NCBI GenBank assembly: GCA_043228905.1
Contig: JBHGNT010000004.1
Span: 248,001 to 312,000, forward strand
Direction: 5' to 3'
DNA length: 64,000 nt
Origin: Azolla caroliniana
Taxonomy: Eukaryota > Plantae > Polypodiophyta
Below the pieces are notes generated by a model. That model searched no databases. It was not told where the DNA came from and saw only the letters and a program-made list of their open reading frames with translations. Position numbers and translations under genes: made by a program. Positions 38,101 through 50,812 of this stretch are shown piece after piece. The number at the start of each line of letters is the position of its first letter. The first letter of the stretch is position 1.

Positions 38101-40123
38101 CTCTAGACTCACAAAAAATCTTGAACTCATTAGAGGTATATTCACCTCCATTATCAGAACGTAAAGCCTTAAGCTTTATTCCTTTTTCAGTCTCAACCGA
38201 GGCAAGCCATTTTCTAAAAATGGGGTATACAACACCCTTTCCCTTTATGGGATACACCCACACCTTTCTTGTGGCATCATCAATAAATGTAACAAAATAC
38301 AAAGTTCCACCCAATGATCTAGTAGGCATAGGGCCACATACATTTGTATGAACTAGATCCAAGGGTTGAGTAGAAGAATTAGAACGAATTTGATGTACAC
38401 TTCTCGTTTGTTTACCATATTGACAATGCTCACAAACTGAAAAATTAGAAAAGGATAACATGGGTAAATAGCCAAATGTGACAGAGTTTCCATTCCACTA
38501 CAAGACATATGGCCTAAACGACCATGCCAAATACAAATCATGGGTTGTTCTGTGACAGCCAAAAGATGTTCTTTCTGATGGATAACTACGGGATAAAGTG
38601 AAGCAACTTTCTTCCCTTTGGCAATAACCATATTTCCTTTTGTAATACAAAAAGATTTGGAAGCAAATATCACTTTATATCCAGAGTCATCTAATTGTCC
38701 AACAGACATCAAGCTACGAGTTAGCTCAGGCACATGACGTACATTTTGTACAAGAATCTGAAAACCATCAGAAAATTGTACCATAACATCTCCAATGCCA
38801 ACCACATCACACTGACGTGAATCTCCAAGCCGAATTGTACCACGTGGTTTAGCTTCGTATCGTGTGAACCACTCTCTATGTGGTGTCACATGGAATGAAG
38901 CCCTAGAGTCCAACAACCATCTATGAGTAAGCGAGTGAGCCATATTCACCTCAACATAAGTAGCATCATCATCCACGACCAAAATGTCAACATCATCATA
39001 GCATGTAGCATTTATTTCCTCTATTTTCTTTGAGGATGATGAACCAGTCACTCGCATAACATGCACATCACCATGAGTTTTAACCCTTTCCTTTTCTCTT
39101 TCTTTGTTCTTCAAGGCATAACAGTCCTTTTTCCTATGACCCTTTTTGTGATAGTAATGGAATTCCACAAGTCTCTTTCTAGATTTGCTTTTGGTCTTAT
39201 CATTTCCATGGATGTTTTTTGGTTTGGCTTCTACCACGTTGTTGGTTCTTGCCATAACCAGAATCTTGTACATTATATGCCTCTCCAACTTGTGAGGTGA
39301 CAATAGATTTCCTACAGATTTCTTCACCCAATAGTGCTCCACATATGTTATTATAGACCAATTTCCCATTTGGTGCACTAGTGCTAATAGTGGTGCAAAA
39401 TGTGTCCCATGAGTTAGGCAAAGTGCATAATAGAAATACACATTTTAGTTCATCATCCATAGACATTTTTTGAGCTTGCAACTGAGATCATAGTGCATCA
39501 AACTCATTTAGATGAGAAGCAACACTATCGGTGTCCTTCATGCGAAGGTCATAGAGCTTTCTCATAAAAAAACACATCGTTTGTAGCAGTTTCCTTCTCA
39601 TATGTATTGCATAATTTTTTCAAAAGTTATTCGGATTTTTTACTGTCTAAAACAGTGAAATAGACATGGTAAAAGCATCAAGTTCCTCCCAATCATCATC
39701 ATCCATGTCATCTGGCTGAATCTTCGCTTTGCCGCCTAGAGGCCTCGTTTGCTTTCTTTGAACCAATACATCGAACATCTGATTCTTCCACAAAGCAAAA
39801 TTAGATCCATCAAATTTGCGGATCTCAATATGATCTTTTCCCAAAAACGAATAGTTATTACTTGAACTATTGCGACCAACAGAAGTGCTACTAGATGCAT
39901 CCAACGTTTCGGACTCCATGGGAGTGAACAACAATATCAAACAACTGAGCACAATAACTTCTCAACTGAATACTAGAAGTAAGCAACTAACCAACTTATT
40001 TCCCAAAAATTTCGCACACACCCTATATCTAGTAAAGGGGAAAATTTAAGTAAAGAGTAAAACAAGAGCATAGGCCATTTTGGCCTTTTCACACTATGTA
40101 CATGTCTGTATGTACATATAACA
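35121..40123 (-). mobile_element. Decayed Ty1/copia LTR retrotransposon (Tnt1-like)
   Basis: Domain order on minus: gag (IRKFDGSNFALWK, LLCTLPNSWD), decayed CCHC, protease WLLDSRASFH, integrase LVHTNVCGP...LRSDNGGEY...QNGVAERMNRT, RT (KKSLYGLKQSPRLW; YVDD decayed to CVDY), RNase H (DSDYVGCADSRKSTS; LEKV...TLTKAL). PPT AGTGGGAGAT lies next to the 3' LTR (~35121-35338). The 5' LTR remnant is ~40015-40123 (begins TG on minus); no PBS found. Many stops and frameshifts. Confidence 0.93.
35555..36197. mobile_element. Non-autonomous TIR element nested in the copia RNase H domain
   Basis: Left end taggatgaaccatacgtaccattcgcgcattcgtgttcg. The right end cgaacatgaatgcg matches only the inner part of the inverted repeat. 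It interrupts RNase H between RLQEC and ISLEKV. Confidence 0.75.
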
Positions 40124-40529
40124 ATATCTCTATCGTGTCTCCGTGTTGTGAAAGCACAATCGTGCTTTGCTCTGTATTGCTTCCAAATCCACGATCTTAG
40201 TTAGTACATAGAGCTTTAAATCTTTGCTCTCACTTGTTCACATGACTGGTTCCATCATTGTTGTCGCCAAATTCCATTGTGCATTTGCTTTATAAACCCC
40301 TAGTGATTGATGGGTTCAATTAGCTGGCTACACAAGGATGGGAGAGATGTTGTCCCTAGCTAATGAGGTGTCTGTATGTATGTATGGTATGGCATGGTGT
40401 GGTTATTGGGCTCAAATGCATCATCATTCCACATAACATAACTCATAGGATCCGCTCGTAATATTATATAATCTGTCTATAGAGCCTTCAACTCCAGGTT
40501 TTCTTCGACTCTAGTGACCTTTCTATTCC

Positions 40530-41032
40530 CGGGAACTTTTGAGTCCCCAAACGTCTGTGCCCTCTTAATCCTTGCGTCCTCCCTAGTCTAAGACCATTGT
40601 GGACTTGTTCTAGTAGCACACACATGTGGGTTTACATGACACGTCAAGTTTAATATGTTTTTGTGTGTAATTTACTTAGGTCTTGGTTTAGAGTAGTGAA
40701 GACATGGTTAGTGCTAATCAGTGGCCCTAACCATTGCAAAGTCGAATTTATTTCCCCCCCTTTTTTTCCTTGAATTGGCACCATCTTTCAGTTTAGGTGT
40801 GAAAAAATAAAAAAGGTAATGGTCGTTAAGAAGGAGAGTTCGCATCCTCTTTGAAAGTTCGGGTCATCCTCATACATTTGCGTCCTCCCAAGCGTTCATG
40901 TCCTCCTTGTGTGTTCATGTTGTTGCAATAACGTATGTGCATGTGCTACTCAAGCATGACCATAGGGGTCTTGGACTAGGGAGGATCCTCACACTCGAAG
41001 GGAGCTCAGAGTTGAAAGGGAGAGAATTCTCC
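40530..41032. mobile_element. Degenerate long-TIR MITE (MULE-like)
   Basis: gtcctccctagtctaagaccattgtggacttgttctagtagcaca (~40576) is inverted relative to tgtgctactcaagcatgaccataggggtcttggactagggaggatc (~40942-40987). Weaker similarity extends outward. Confidence 0.65.
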
Positions 41033-41559
41033 TGTACTTTTTCTCTAACCATGTTTATGTGTTAACTCGACATTCATGATGATGTTTATGCAAGGTAATG
41101 ATTTGACCAAAGATGATTGGAAGTGGGATGTTGTCCAAACGTTGTTGTTCAACTCACCTAGATAAATCCCAACATTAGGCTTGAACACCCAAAAATAATC
41201 CAAAAAGAAAAGTACTTAGGAAAAGACATGTATGAAAGGTACTTCTTTTAGATAGGATTTCTATAAATGGCCATGAAAGCGACTTGAGCATTTGTATGAA
41301 AAGGACCTTATTTGCATATGATTTCTACAAACTGCCCACAGAAAGAAAAAGTGAGTCATTTGTTTTTTTTCTCTAGGCGGGTCTTGGATAAGGTTTGGAT
41401 AAGGACAAAGAGTAATATATCTTCTTGTACTCAGGAGAGATTTGGAGATGAAGATGATTTGCTTTTGTTTCTTTCTTTCTTTCTTTCCTTCTCTTTCATT
41501 GATTTTGTTTTGGGAGGATTGTTATAAGAAGTAAGTAGCATTAGGGGGAAAAAAAAGAC

Positions 41560-42210
41560 ATGACTAATGCAAGTGCTGCTTATTTATGTGGGGTGGCCTC
41601 CATAGCTTGTAAGTACCCCAAATTAACAAGGGCATTTGTAGCCACATGCATTGTGTGTAGCTCACCTCTAACTCTCCCCCTCCTCATCATCTCTTCTCCT
41701 GCACTCCTCTTCTTCCTCTCTCTCTCTCTTCTCATCTCCTCCTCTCCTTCTCCTTCTTCTTCCTCCTCCTTTTGCCACCTCAACTCCACTACCCCTAGAC
41801 TCTTCCTTTGTTGGCTTTACAACCATGCAAGAAAATACTTGTTCCTGCCCCATCACAACAACCATAGCCACCTTAAATCCATGCTTTCTTGTCCCCACCT
41901 CCCTCACAAGCTCAACACTCACACATATGTCTCTACCAACTCTTCCTCCACCTCTAGCAGAACCTCTACTACCAGTAGTTTAGAGCCCCATCATGAAGAT
42001 AGCTTGCCTTGTAGCTTCCTGTATAAGGTTGTGGAATACCATCCATATGGGGGTGATGGGGATGAAGAGATTGTGCCAGATTTCATGTCACAGTTGGATT
42101 ATGTTTGGAGAGAAGTAACTAAGTTGAGATACTCTACCTTCCTTCCTCATAATGATATTCATGATTATTGTCAAGACCATGATGGTGATGGTGATGGTGA
42201 TGGTGATTGA
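41560..42210 (+). CDS. Intronless protein with an N-terminal proline-containing hydrophobic hairpin (SLDP/oleosin-like lipid-droplet protein candidate)
   Basis: 216-aa ORF from an ATG in an A-rich context. The ~40-aa hydrophobic stretch AFVATCIVCSSPLTLPLLIISSPALLFFLSLSLLI contains PX5SP. The C-terminal part reads LYKVVEY...FMSQLDYVWREV. Confidence 0.55.
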   Translation: MTNASAAYLCGVASIACKYPKLTRAFVATCIVCSSPLTLPLLIISSPALLFFLSLSLLISSSPSPSSSSSFCHLNSTTPRLFLCWLYNHARKYLFLPHHNNHSHLKSMLSCPHLPHKLNTHTYVSTNSSSTSSRTSTTSSLEPHHEDSLPCSFLYKVVEYHPYGGDGDEEIVPDFMSQLDYVWREVTKLRYSTFLPHNDIHDYCQDHDGDGDGDGD

Positions 42211-44069
42211 TGGTCATGCTAATTCACCCCCCTTGATGTATGTTTGAAGGTATGTTGTGCTTCTTAGAAAATTTTAAACTTTGAAATGGTGACATAAATT
42301 CATCCTTATTTTAATGGATTACAAGCCATGGCTTTAAATTCCCCTAGTCAAAATTTGTTTATATGTAGGTTTGGTTTGTAGAGATAACTACAAAATTTAT
42401 AACTAATGAAAGGATTTTTTTTTTGGAAAAAAAGAATAAAAAAAATAGAGATAACTACGAAAGGTTTTGTAGAAAAAAAGCACAGAATAGGCGTCGTGTC
42501 TACAATTTTTTTATTTTGGCTATAGGACAAAAGAGAAGTTTTTAGAATTAATATTGGCAATAAAAAATGATAGGTTTTTTAGTCCACGTTATCTTCTTTC
42601 CTCTTACACAAAAGATATTGCTGCAAAGATAAGGATGTGAACACTAGGATGGAAGTTTTAACTAGGCTGATTGGGGATTGGGGTCAAAGTTTTTTATCTA
42701 GGGTTTTGTATGTAGGATGATCATATGATGATAGATGGATGAACCAAAGGTGTAGGTTCCTGAGTCCCAAATATGGACATGGACATGGATATGAAACGTA
42801 TATGTATACGTGTGCGGAGAACATAGTCAATTGTTAGTAGTGAATTTTGGTTGATTTTAAATAAAGAGATTAATGGGTAAGAGATCAATATGAACCATGA
42901 TAATGTGCATTGTTTCATTTTCTTTTCTTTTCTTTTCTTTTTGTTTGCTTTGGTTTTTAGGTCTTCCAAAAGTTCTTGATGTCATGACTTGGGAAACAAA
43001 TAGTGTAGATTCATTTATCTTCCCCCTAAGGGAGAGTCATGTTATTGGAATTGCTACAACGTATACGTAAGCTCTTGATGCCGAGCCCATGAGGGTGGTA
43101 TGGATTCATCAACCTCACACTTCACAATCCAAATCATGTACAATTTATATAAGTTCCATTCAATGAAAGTTAAAAGAGTTCCATTCAATGAAAGATTGGG
43201 AGACATGTAGTGCAATAATATGTCCTCGTAATTTGTCACTTGTATCATTGTCTTTAACCTATGAATCTTTTGCATGTTTTTGTCTCTTCTTCATTACATT
43301 TTTGTTTATTTCTTGATGGGGTTAGGGTTTCAAATATGCATCATATCCTCTTGTTTTAACACTAACTTTGTTTCTCTAATGCAAGGATCCAATAGCAAAC
43401 CATTTTATTATGGTCCTTCTAAATCAAATATGACCAGATGAAACCAATGTTTGTGTTTCGATTTGGTGAGAAAGAGATATCATAATGTCCGTGGGAGCCA
43501 CCAAAGAGAGACCTTAGACTGCACTTGATTGCAAATCAGTGAAAATATGGCCAAGAGAATAGCTTACTTCAACAAATATTGTTGGTAATTATAAAAATAC
43601 TTGTCATAAAAATAACCTTAAGTTTTCAAATTTCTTCAAAAAATAATCGTTTGGCAACAAAGGTCGCCATTTTGTTTTACCCTTGCTCAAGTGTAATGAG
43701 GCACAATGTTTTCTATTTACAGATGAGAAAGAATAGAGAATGAACATCAAGAGATCACATTCTCCCCCTATCGGGAGGTGCCCTTCGCCAACAACAACAT
43801 TTTATAGCTTCATCTTGATATGTTTTGTGTTTGTAAAGCAAAAATTATGTCATTACTTGTAATTGACCGATATTTGCCTTTTTGAGATGGATAATATCAC
43901 TTGATTACTTACTTTATGAGCAAGATTTTTTTGGAGAGAAAGAGATGATTTTTTTTATGAATTATGTAAGTTCTCACAAGATGCTGAAGGTGCAAATCTC
44001 GACTATATTTGTAGTATGTCGGATGGAGATTTTTTTTATATATTGAACATGTGTTTGCCAAGCATACTC

Positions 44070-44465
44070 CAAACAAACTGCAGACAAACAACTTATGAAT
44101 GAGAACCTCACACTTCCACGTGATAGTTTAGATAGATTCATGCATTTGAAATTTTTATTTTGATCCACAAATTAATATAAATCTTTACGAACGCACATTG
44201 AAGAAGAGCTCCTCATATGATGGCGGAGATTGATTCACATCTGAATTTTCTTTTCCGTCAATAATATAAATCATTATCAACACAAACTGCAGAAGAGCTC
44301 TTCACACTTCCATGTGATGGCTGAGATGGATTCACACATTTGAATATTTTACTTTGATCCAGAATATAACTCTTTATTAAAACAAACTGACGAAGGGCTC
44401 TTCACACTTTCATCTGATGGATAAGACTGACTCACCCACATGAAAATTTTATTTTGATCCATAAT
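44070..44465. repeat. Four diverged ~95-100-bp tandem units downstream of FLAP1
   Basis: Recurrent aaactg...gaagagctcttcacacttcca.gtgatgg.tgagat.gattcaca...tgaa.attttt..tttgatcca. Confidence 0.75.
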
Positions 44466-44914
44466 AATGTTATTACAGGATTCAATAAAACATGAACAGT
44501 TAATGTGTACATCGATACTATCTGAGGGGACACCAAGGTGTTAAACATAGCAACCTAATTTCAGAGTAGCGACACAGACACAATGGTATAGGTCCAAGCG
44601 GATAAGATAAGAAAAGCAGTATGCTTTCCTTGGAATAAGGCACACCTTCAAACGCAGTGTCCAGAATTTTAATTGAAAACAAGAAGTTGCACAACCAGTT
44701 TGTCTGATAAATTATAAATTAAACTATATTATGTATCTCCATGCCATGTATCTACACATGTAACACTTACAAAACATACAATTACAATATCGTCATGAGA
44801 TGGATGATCTTCCAGACAGACTATGTTCATGCTATAATAATTACTAAAATCCTTTCTTAGCTATACAAAACCTCATACAAGTTGGAGACTATCCAGAAAT
44901 GTTGTACAGATGAA

Positions 44915-47722
44915 TTATAGAGATCGCAAGAGTGGGTAATCACGAAGAATTTCGCGTTCTGAGAGAGTATCGTTTTGGTCTTGGGGTGTCCAAAGCACTT
45001 CCACAGCCTAAGCATCAAACAAAACCATGTTAACATACAAAATGTCAATACTGTTTAAAGCATTTAAATCTAAAGGCCCCCCACAAAAACAAGAAAAAAT
45101 CGATTAACACACCAGTGTCTGATCCTTTGGAATCGCACCAATCTTGCGCAATGCTTCTTTCAAATCTGCATTACTATTTATTGGAGGAAGTTTGAATTCA
45201 CCCTCAGCAGCAACTAGCAAAGTTACCTGAATTAGTAGATCCCCAAAAAGCTTATGAGAATGATATAAATATACCTCTGAATGGCCCTAAATACCTCAAA
45301 ACATTTGGATATTAACCAAATACCCCTTCTTATTTCAAAGGTCCGCAAATATCTCTTATGTTTTCAAAACTTTGTGAATACCCATCCCTACCAAAATACC
45401 TCAAAACATTCGGATATTAACCAAATACCCCTTGTTATTTCAAAGGTTCGCAAATATCTCTTATGTTTTCAAAACTTTGTGAATACCCATCCCTCTACAT
45501 AGTACAAAGTTTGCTTCTACATAGAGGAATTCCAGTTGTTTACGGAAATTTCATGGTACTCTGGTAAATATCCGAAAGTTAAAAGAGTTTTATTCGGTGT
45601 TTTGCCCAAGATTTAATTGAAAGTAGGTCATGATGTACATTGTTGAAACAAATTTGTTTCAATGTTTTTTTTCCTACCACGATATATTCGTTATTGAAGC
45701 GGGATGTAGACTTTGCAGCACTTCGACGGAACCTGTTATTTACATTCACAATTGTCTCTTCATCAAATTTGGCCCTCTCTTCTAATGAAAGCTCATTAAA
45801 CAGCTTCTCGCCAGCTTCTGAATCCCTTTTCACATCCGCCTACAAAAAGGAACATAACAAAATTTGGGTTTTTTTCCGAACAATATAAATCATCACTCAT
45901 CTTCTATGATATTGTTTCGCTAGTTTAAAAGACATACCGATGAATAACCCGATATACAATAATCAGGATGTCGTAGCAAGGAAAGAACAGTTTCTACAAG
46001 ACAACCAGAAATATGAGTAATTTCCATGACAACCCATCAAAAGAAGAATGATAATTCATAAACGAAGACTTATCAACAAAAATGATTACAAAAAAATTAG
46101 AAAAAGAAAAGAAACAAATGGCACCTGTGAGAAGATAATGAAGCCCTTCAGGTGTTGAGGTGTCAGCTCGCTCGGCTATATTGTCTAAATCCTGTTGCAA
46201 TGAGCGTGCCATGCCAAGTAAACCAACCTAAAAAGCATTGAAATAAGTCATCAATCACAATAGGTGTTCAATCTCAGTATACTTCATTTTGGTAAAATTA
46301 ATTAAAACAAATTCAAAAAAGATGCATATTGTATGGACTCAAATATCAAATTAACCAAATTTAGACATGTATTGAACTAATCATAGATATATGGAAGTCA
46401 AAATAGTAACCCCCCTTAGCCTCTCTTGTTATTTCAGCTTAGCTCGTGTGTTGATTTACTAAATCATAAACTTCATGTATGCCTAGTTAGCTCATCCGGG
46501 AGAGGGATAAAACCAAATATGCACAGTCAGTGAATTGAACACAGCGACCTACAAAAGTCGAGAGATAATGCCCAATATGCAAGAATAGCAATATAGATTA
46601 ATATAATAAATATAAGAGACATTTACATATATGCATGTGTCGATATATCTATATATATTGTCGAACTCATCCTACATAGGAGATATAATGACAAATTTAG
46701 AACAATACCGCCATTAGATCTGATGCAATACATATATATACATAGACAAAACTCATCCAATGAAGCTAACGTGTTTCAAATTATACACTAATGGCATGCT
46801 CTTAGCAGACATGAAGGAGAGAAATATATCTATCAATACCAAAAAATAAATGCACAATGTCTACCATTGTTAGACTACAGTGATTCAAATTACATGGAGA
46901 AAAAAATAAAGAATAAGGCTCATGAAAAGTTTGAAATACCTGAAGCTTCAAAACGCTTGTCTTCCGAGTCGAAGTGAATAGGCTTGACTCATTGCGATCA
47001 GTGAGAAATCCAGAGACTAAGAAAAAAGCGAGGAAACCGAGGATCAAGAAAAGGAATCCCCCACCGCCACCAATGCCAACACTATATGCAGGTGCAACAT
47101 AGATGCTTGGCCCCCCAAACCCTCCTCCGAAGAAGGGAGAAGGTGCGGCGTAAGGGGCTGAGAATGTGAAACCACTACGGGATGAAGGCGGGGCCGAGTA
47201 CGTCCTGGCAGATGAAGATGCTCTTCCAGAAGAAAATGAGCGCCCACCCATCACACCGCCTGATGCTGCCCATGCAGCCCCTTGTTCAGGTAGCATTTGG
47301 GTCATCAAGAAGCCGATCACTAGGGCTATCACCGCAGGTTTCCCGAGGTTCTTCAAACAATCCATGGCCACCTTGGATACCCTTTGCAAAAATGTCTCTT
47401 CCTCCTTTTGAGACCGTAGTTCCTGAAATCCTAATTTTTGAAGGCCTGGATTGTTATTCCCTGGTTTTTGAAACCCTAACCCTTCTGTCTTCTGTACATC
47501 ATCTCTTTGCACAGCAGCACGGATTTGAATCATGCCCTTCGACATTGAAAATCTGCTTCCTGGGAGATGTTGCAAGGTCTTGATGGGAGACCTTAATTTT
47601 GTTGCGCTGAGAGGGGCCCATTGAATAATCTTAGAAGAAGAAGAAGAGGAGGAGGAGGGAAGAGAAGTAGAAGAAGCTCTGAGCTGAGGAGAGATGACAA
47701 TGGGTGAAGCAGAACAGGCCAT
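44915..47722 (-). CDS. FLAP1: FLUCTUATING-LIGHT-ACCLIMATION PROTEIN 1 (DUF1517), chloroplast, ~436 aa
   Basis: Six exons: 47722-46940, 46227-46125, 45993-45938, 45839-45678, 45226-45113, 45007-44915. Transit peptide, AASGGVMGGRSFS, TSVLKLQVGLLG, LRHPDYCISGYS, FNELSLEERAKFDEET, AVEVLWTPQ...DYPLLRSL. Confidence 0.93.
45289..45494. repeat. 105-bp tandem duplication in FLAP1 intron 4, built of ~29-bp AAATACCC(C) subunits
   Basis: The unit aaatacctcaaaacatt.ggatattaaccaaatacccctt...gtgaatacccatccct starts at 45289 and 45394. It explains the repeated ORF 45281-45502. Confidence 0.9.
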
Positions 47723-47908
47723 GCGTGGAAGAGAAGGAGAGGCCAAGGCTGTGGCTGTGGCTGTGGCTATGGACTATGGGCTATGGGCTATGGGCTATGG
47801 CTGTAATTGTATATCAGATTAATGGATTCTGAAGAAGAAGAAGAAGAGGAAGAAGAAGAAGACGATTAGAAACCACAAAATCCATAGTATTCCAAGCTAT
47901 CCACACGT

Positions 47909-47954
<46 letters not shown>

Positions 47955-48099
47955 TTGGGTGTAAACACACAATTATATTAATAAATGTGTGTAAAAAACA
48001 CCACTTATAATGGGTGGGTGTGACAATGGAGTATGGTCACCCACTAACTACATTACACTACATGGATGGGCTAGTAGTGGAACATGTTGAATTGCCAAT

Positions 48100-50745
48100 A
48101 GCCAAGACGAACACTCCGCCGAGGAAAAGAATTTCCGCGTGCTCCAATCAAGAAAATTGCCACATTAATACTCCCTTCAACTTTCGTAGATATGCTTTCA
48201 CTCCATGTCTACCATCGAATACAAAAGCGTTGCGTATATTCCAATTAGGACGCAATCCCCAATATCTCAAAAATAGAAAAATCATCTCCATCTCTGATTT
48301 TGGGGTCAACCTGTGTAAATTGTGCAAACACCCATTGTTTAGGTGTCAAATAACACCGTGATAAGACTTGCCAATTTTGAGAAATGTAACTCCAAATCTT
48401 ACAAGCAATCGGACATTGTATAAATCGATGAGTACTATCTTCCATTTGAACAGTGCAAAAAAAAGCAATTACCCGTTGCTGATCCACGATGCTTTAGAGC
48501 TAATCCCAAAGGCATTCCTCCAATCAAAACTCCTTAAATGAATACCTTTGCTACAAGTGGCAATTTAGAATGCCAACTACGTTCTAAGATCTGCCACCAC
48601 CCATGATCAGATTTGTGTATTTTCCATTCTTCTTTAGCCTAGATGATAACCATCCAAGAGACTCAATAGAGCAATGATACAAAAGATTAGTAGTCACTTG
48701 TAACAAAGACGTTTGACCCCTTTAAACACCAATCAATCCACAGTTGTTCTCCTGTTTGTAGAGGTAAGGGACCTTGTATCAACGGAATATTTTGTAGTTG
48801 TTGCCAAATAAATCCATAATTAGGCGGAATGCGTAATAATTGTCGCGCTTCAACAAACTCCAAAATTCTTTGAGATGAAGCCTCAACTATGTCTCCCACC
48901 TCTTTGACCCCCAAACGAAACAAACGATTAAATTGAGAGCGCAATATCTCCTTTCCTAGCCAACATAATAACCGAGAAAACACAAGCAACTCTTTTTGCA
49001 AAGAATTACAATGCTCTCTACTAAATGATGGTTCCATACACATAACAAGAGTGCTTCTTGCCATGAACTAACCAAGTGTTGAACACATGTAGAGCTCGGA
49101 ATCCTAAGTGAAATACATCCATTCAGTAATTGCCACCATGAAACCTTAATCGTTGTCCTCCCATGTGTTAAACCCTTGTTCTCAATGAAATATTGAACAA
49201 TAGATATCCATGGTTGTGAGTTTGAACACATAATATCTTGTAATGATGAAAATCTATGAACCATCATATGTTTAGATAAGTTCAATATTCCAGTTCCCCC
49301 CAAGCACTGAGGGGTTGCTAGATGATTCCACACAACCCAAGTGATTCCCATCTTATTCCTCTTCTTCCACAACAAATATTGAAGAGGTTGAAAAATAGAA
49401 TACAAAGCCTTCTTTGTCCATGGCAACAATGGCAAGTAATATAATATCATGGGTTCCATAATACATTGTACAACCTTCAAGCGTACATGAAATGGCTAAG
49501 ATTGTGACTTCCAATACATGAACTTATCCCTCAACCTACGAGACATCCATTCAATCAATTGACCATTTGTAACATTCATTCCTAATAGATAGCCCAAGTG
49601 TCGAAAAATAGAGCCTTTCTTCACCACAAATCCTTGCCATCCTAAACATTCCAAATCCCTTTCAGTACACGATATGAGACTAGACTTCCTCCAATTAATA
49701 TGCAATCCGAAAGCCAATGCAAATTGGTTCCATACAAGCATCCCCTTCTCAAGATTCTCTCGTGAGGCTTGTAGAAACATGAAAGAATCATTAGCCAAAG
49801 CTTGTGCTACTAGTTGCCCTCCAGATGGAAGGTGTAGACCCACAAATGTCACCATTTGTTTACAAGCCTTGATAACATCACTAACAAGGGATGAGTAACA
49901 ATAGCAAAACAACAATGGGCTAAGAGGGCATCCTTGACGAACGGATCTTGTGAGGGCAATATCTGATGTAACTCCCCCATTAAACATTACTCGAGACACT
50001 GCATCTTGTCCTAATAAAAATATGCAACGAGACATACGAGGTCCAAAGCCCATTGTATGCATTAACCTAGAAACAAAGGACCAATTAACATGATCATAAG
50101 CTTTCTCCTAATCTAATTGCGCCATAATCAATTCTTGATGAGTGTTTCAAGCATAATCCATGGCCATTAGAACATTCAACACATTATGCAATATATTCCT
50201 ACCTGCAATAAAACCATATTGGGCAAGATGTATCAACTTTGGCAAATACTTTTGTAATCTATTTGCCAAGATCTTTGTAAATATCTTATACAACCCCCCC
50301 ATCAAAGAAATAGGTCTCCATTGATTAAATGACTCAGGAGATGCCACCTTTGGAACTAATTTAATTAGACCAACCTTCCAAGCTTGAGGCATATGACCAA
50401 AATTCCAAGAATGTTGAAAGATCAAAGTTAAGGGTCCCTTTAAAATGTTCGAATATCACTTAAAAACTTCATTGGTCAAGCCATCCCAACCAGGGCTCTT
50501 ACCACTAGGAAGATGCCTTAAAACTGTGTCCACCTCATCCACAGTGAAATCCGCATCCAATTCATGAGTAATGAGGTCATGCACAATAGATCCAACCACA
50601 TCATAAAACTCATGACGTGCTCTACTCACCTCATTTGTCATTAACAATTGTGGGTCAATCAACTCCTTAAAGTAATGAACACATATGTCAATTATTGTAA
50701 TAGGATCCACTATCCATTCATACCCTTGCTTCACACGTACCACAT
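48100..50745 (-). mobile_element. 5'-truncated, decayed L1-type LINE (ORF2 RT plus zf-RVT)
   Basis: LPSGKSPGWDGLT, WRPISL, QYGFIAGRNI, KAYDHV, VRQGCPLSPLLF, ALANDS (decayed FADD), GGTGILNL, CTVQMEDSTHRFIQCP. Multiple frameshifts. (CT)n runs lie near both ends (~47913-47950 and ~50771-50808). Confidence 0.92.
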
Positions 50746-50767
50746 TAGATCGAGCATAAGTAAGATG

Positions 50768-50812
<45 letters not shown>

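Noticed and set aside
40969-41010. ttggact...gaagggagctc resembling miR319/miR159
   Set aside because: The two halves are separated by 19 unrelated bases and lie in a MITE arm; no intact mature miRNA or matching star strand.
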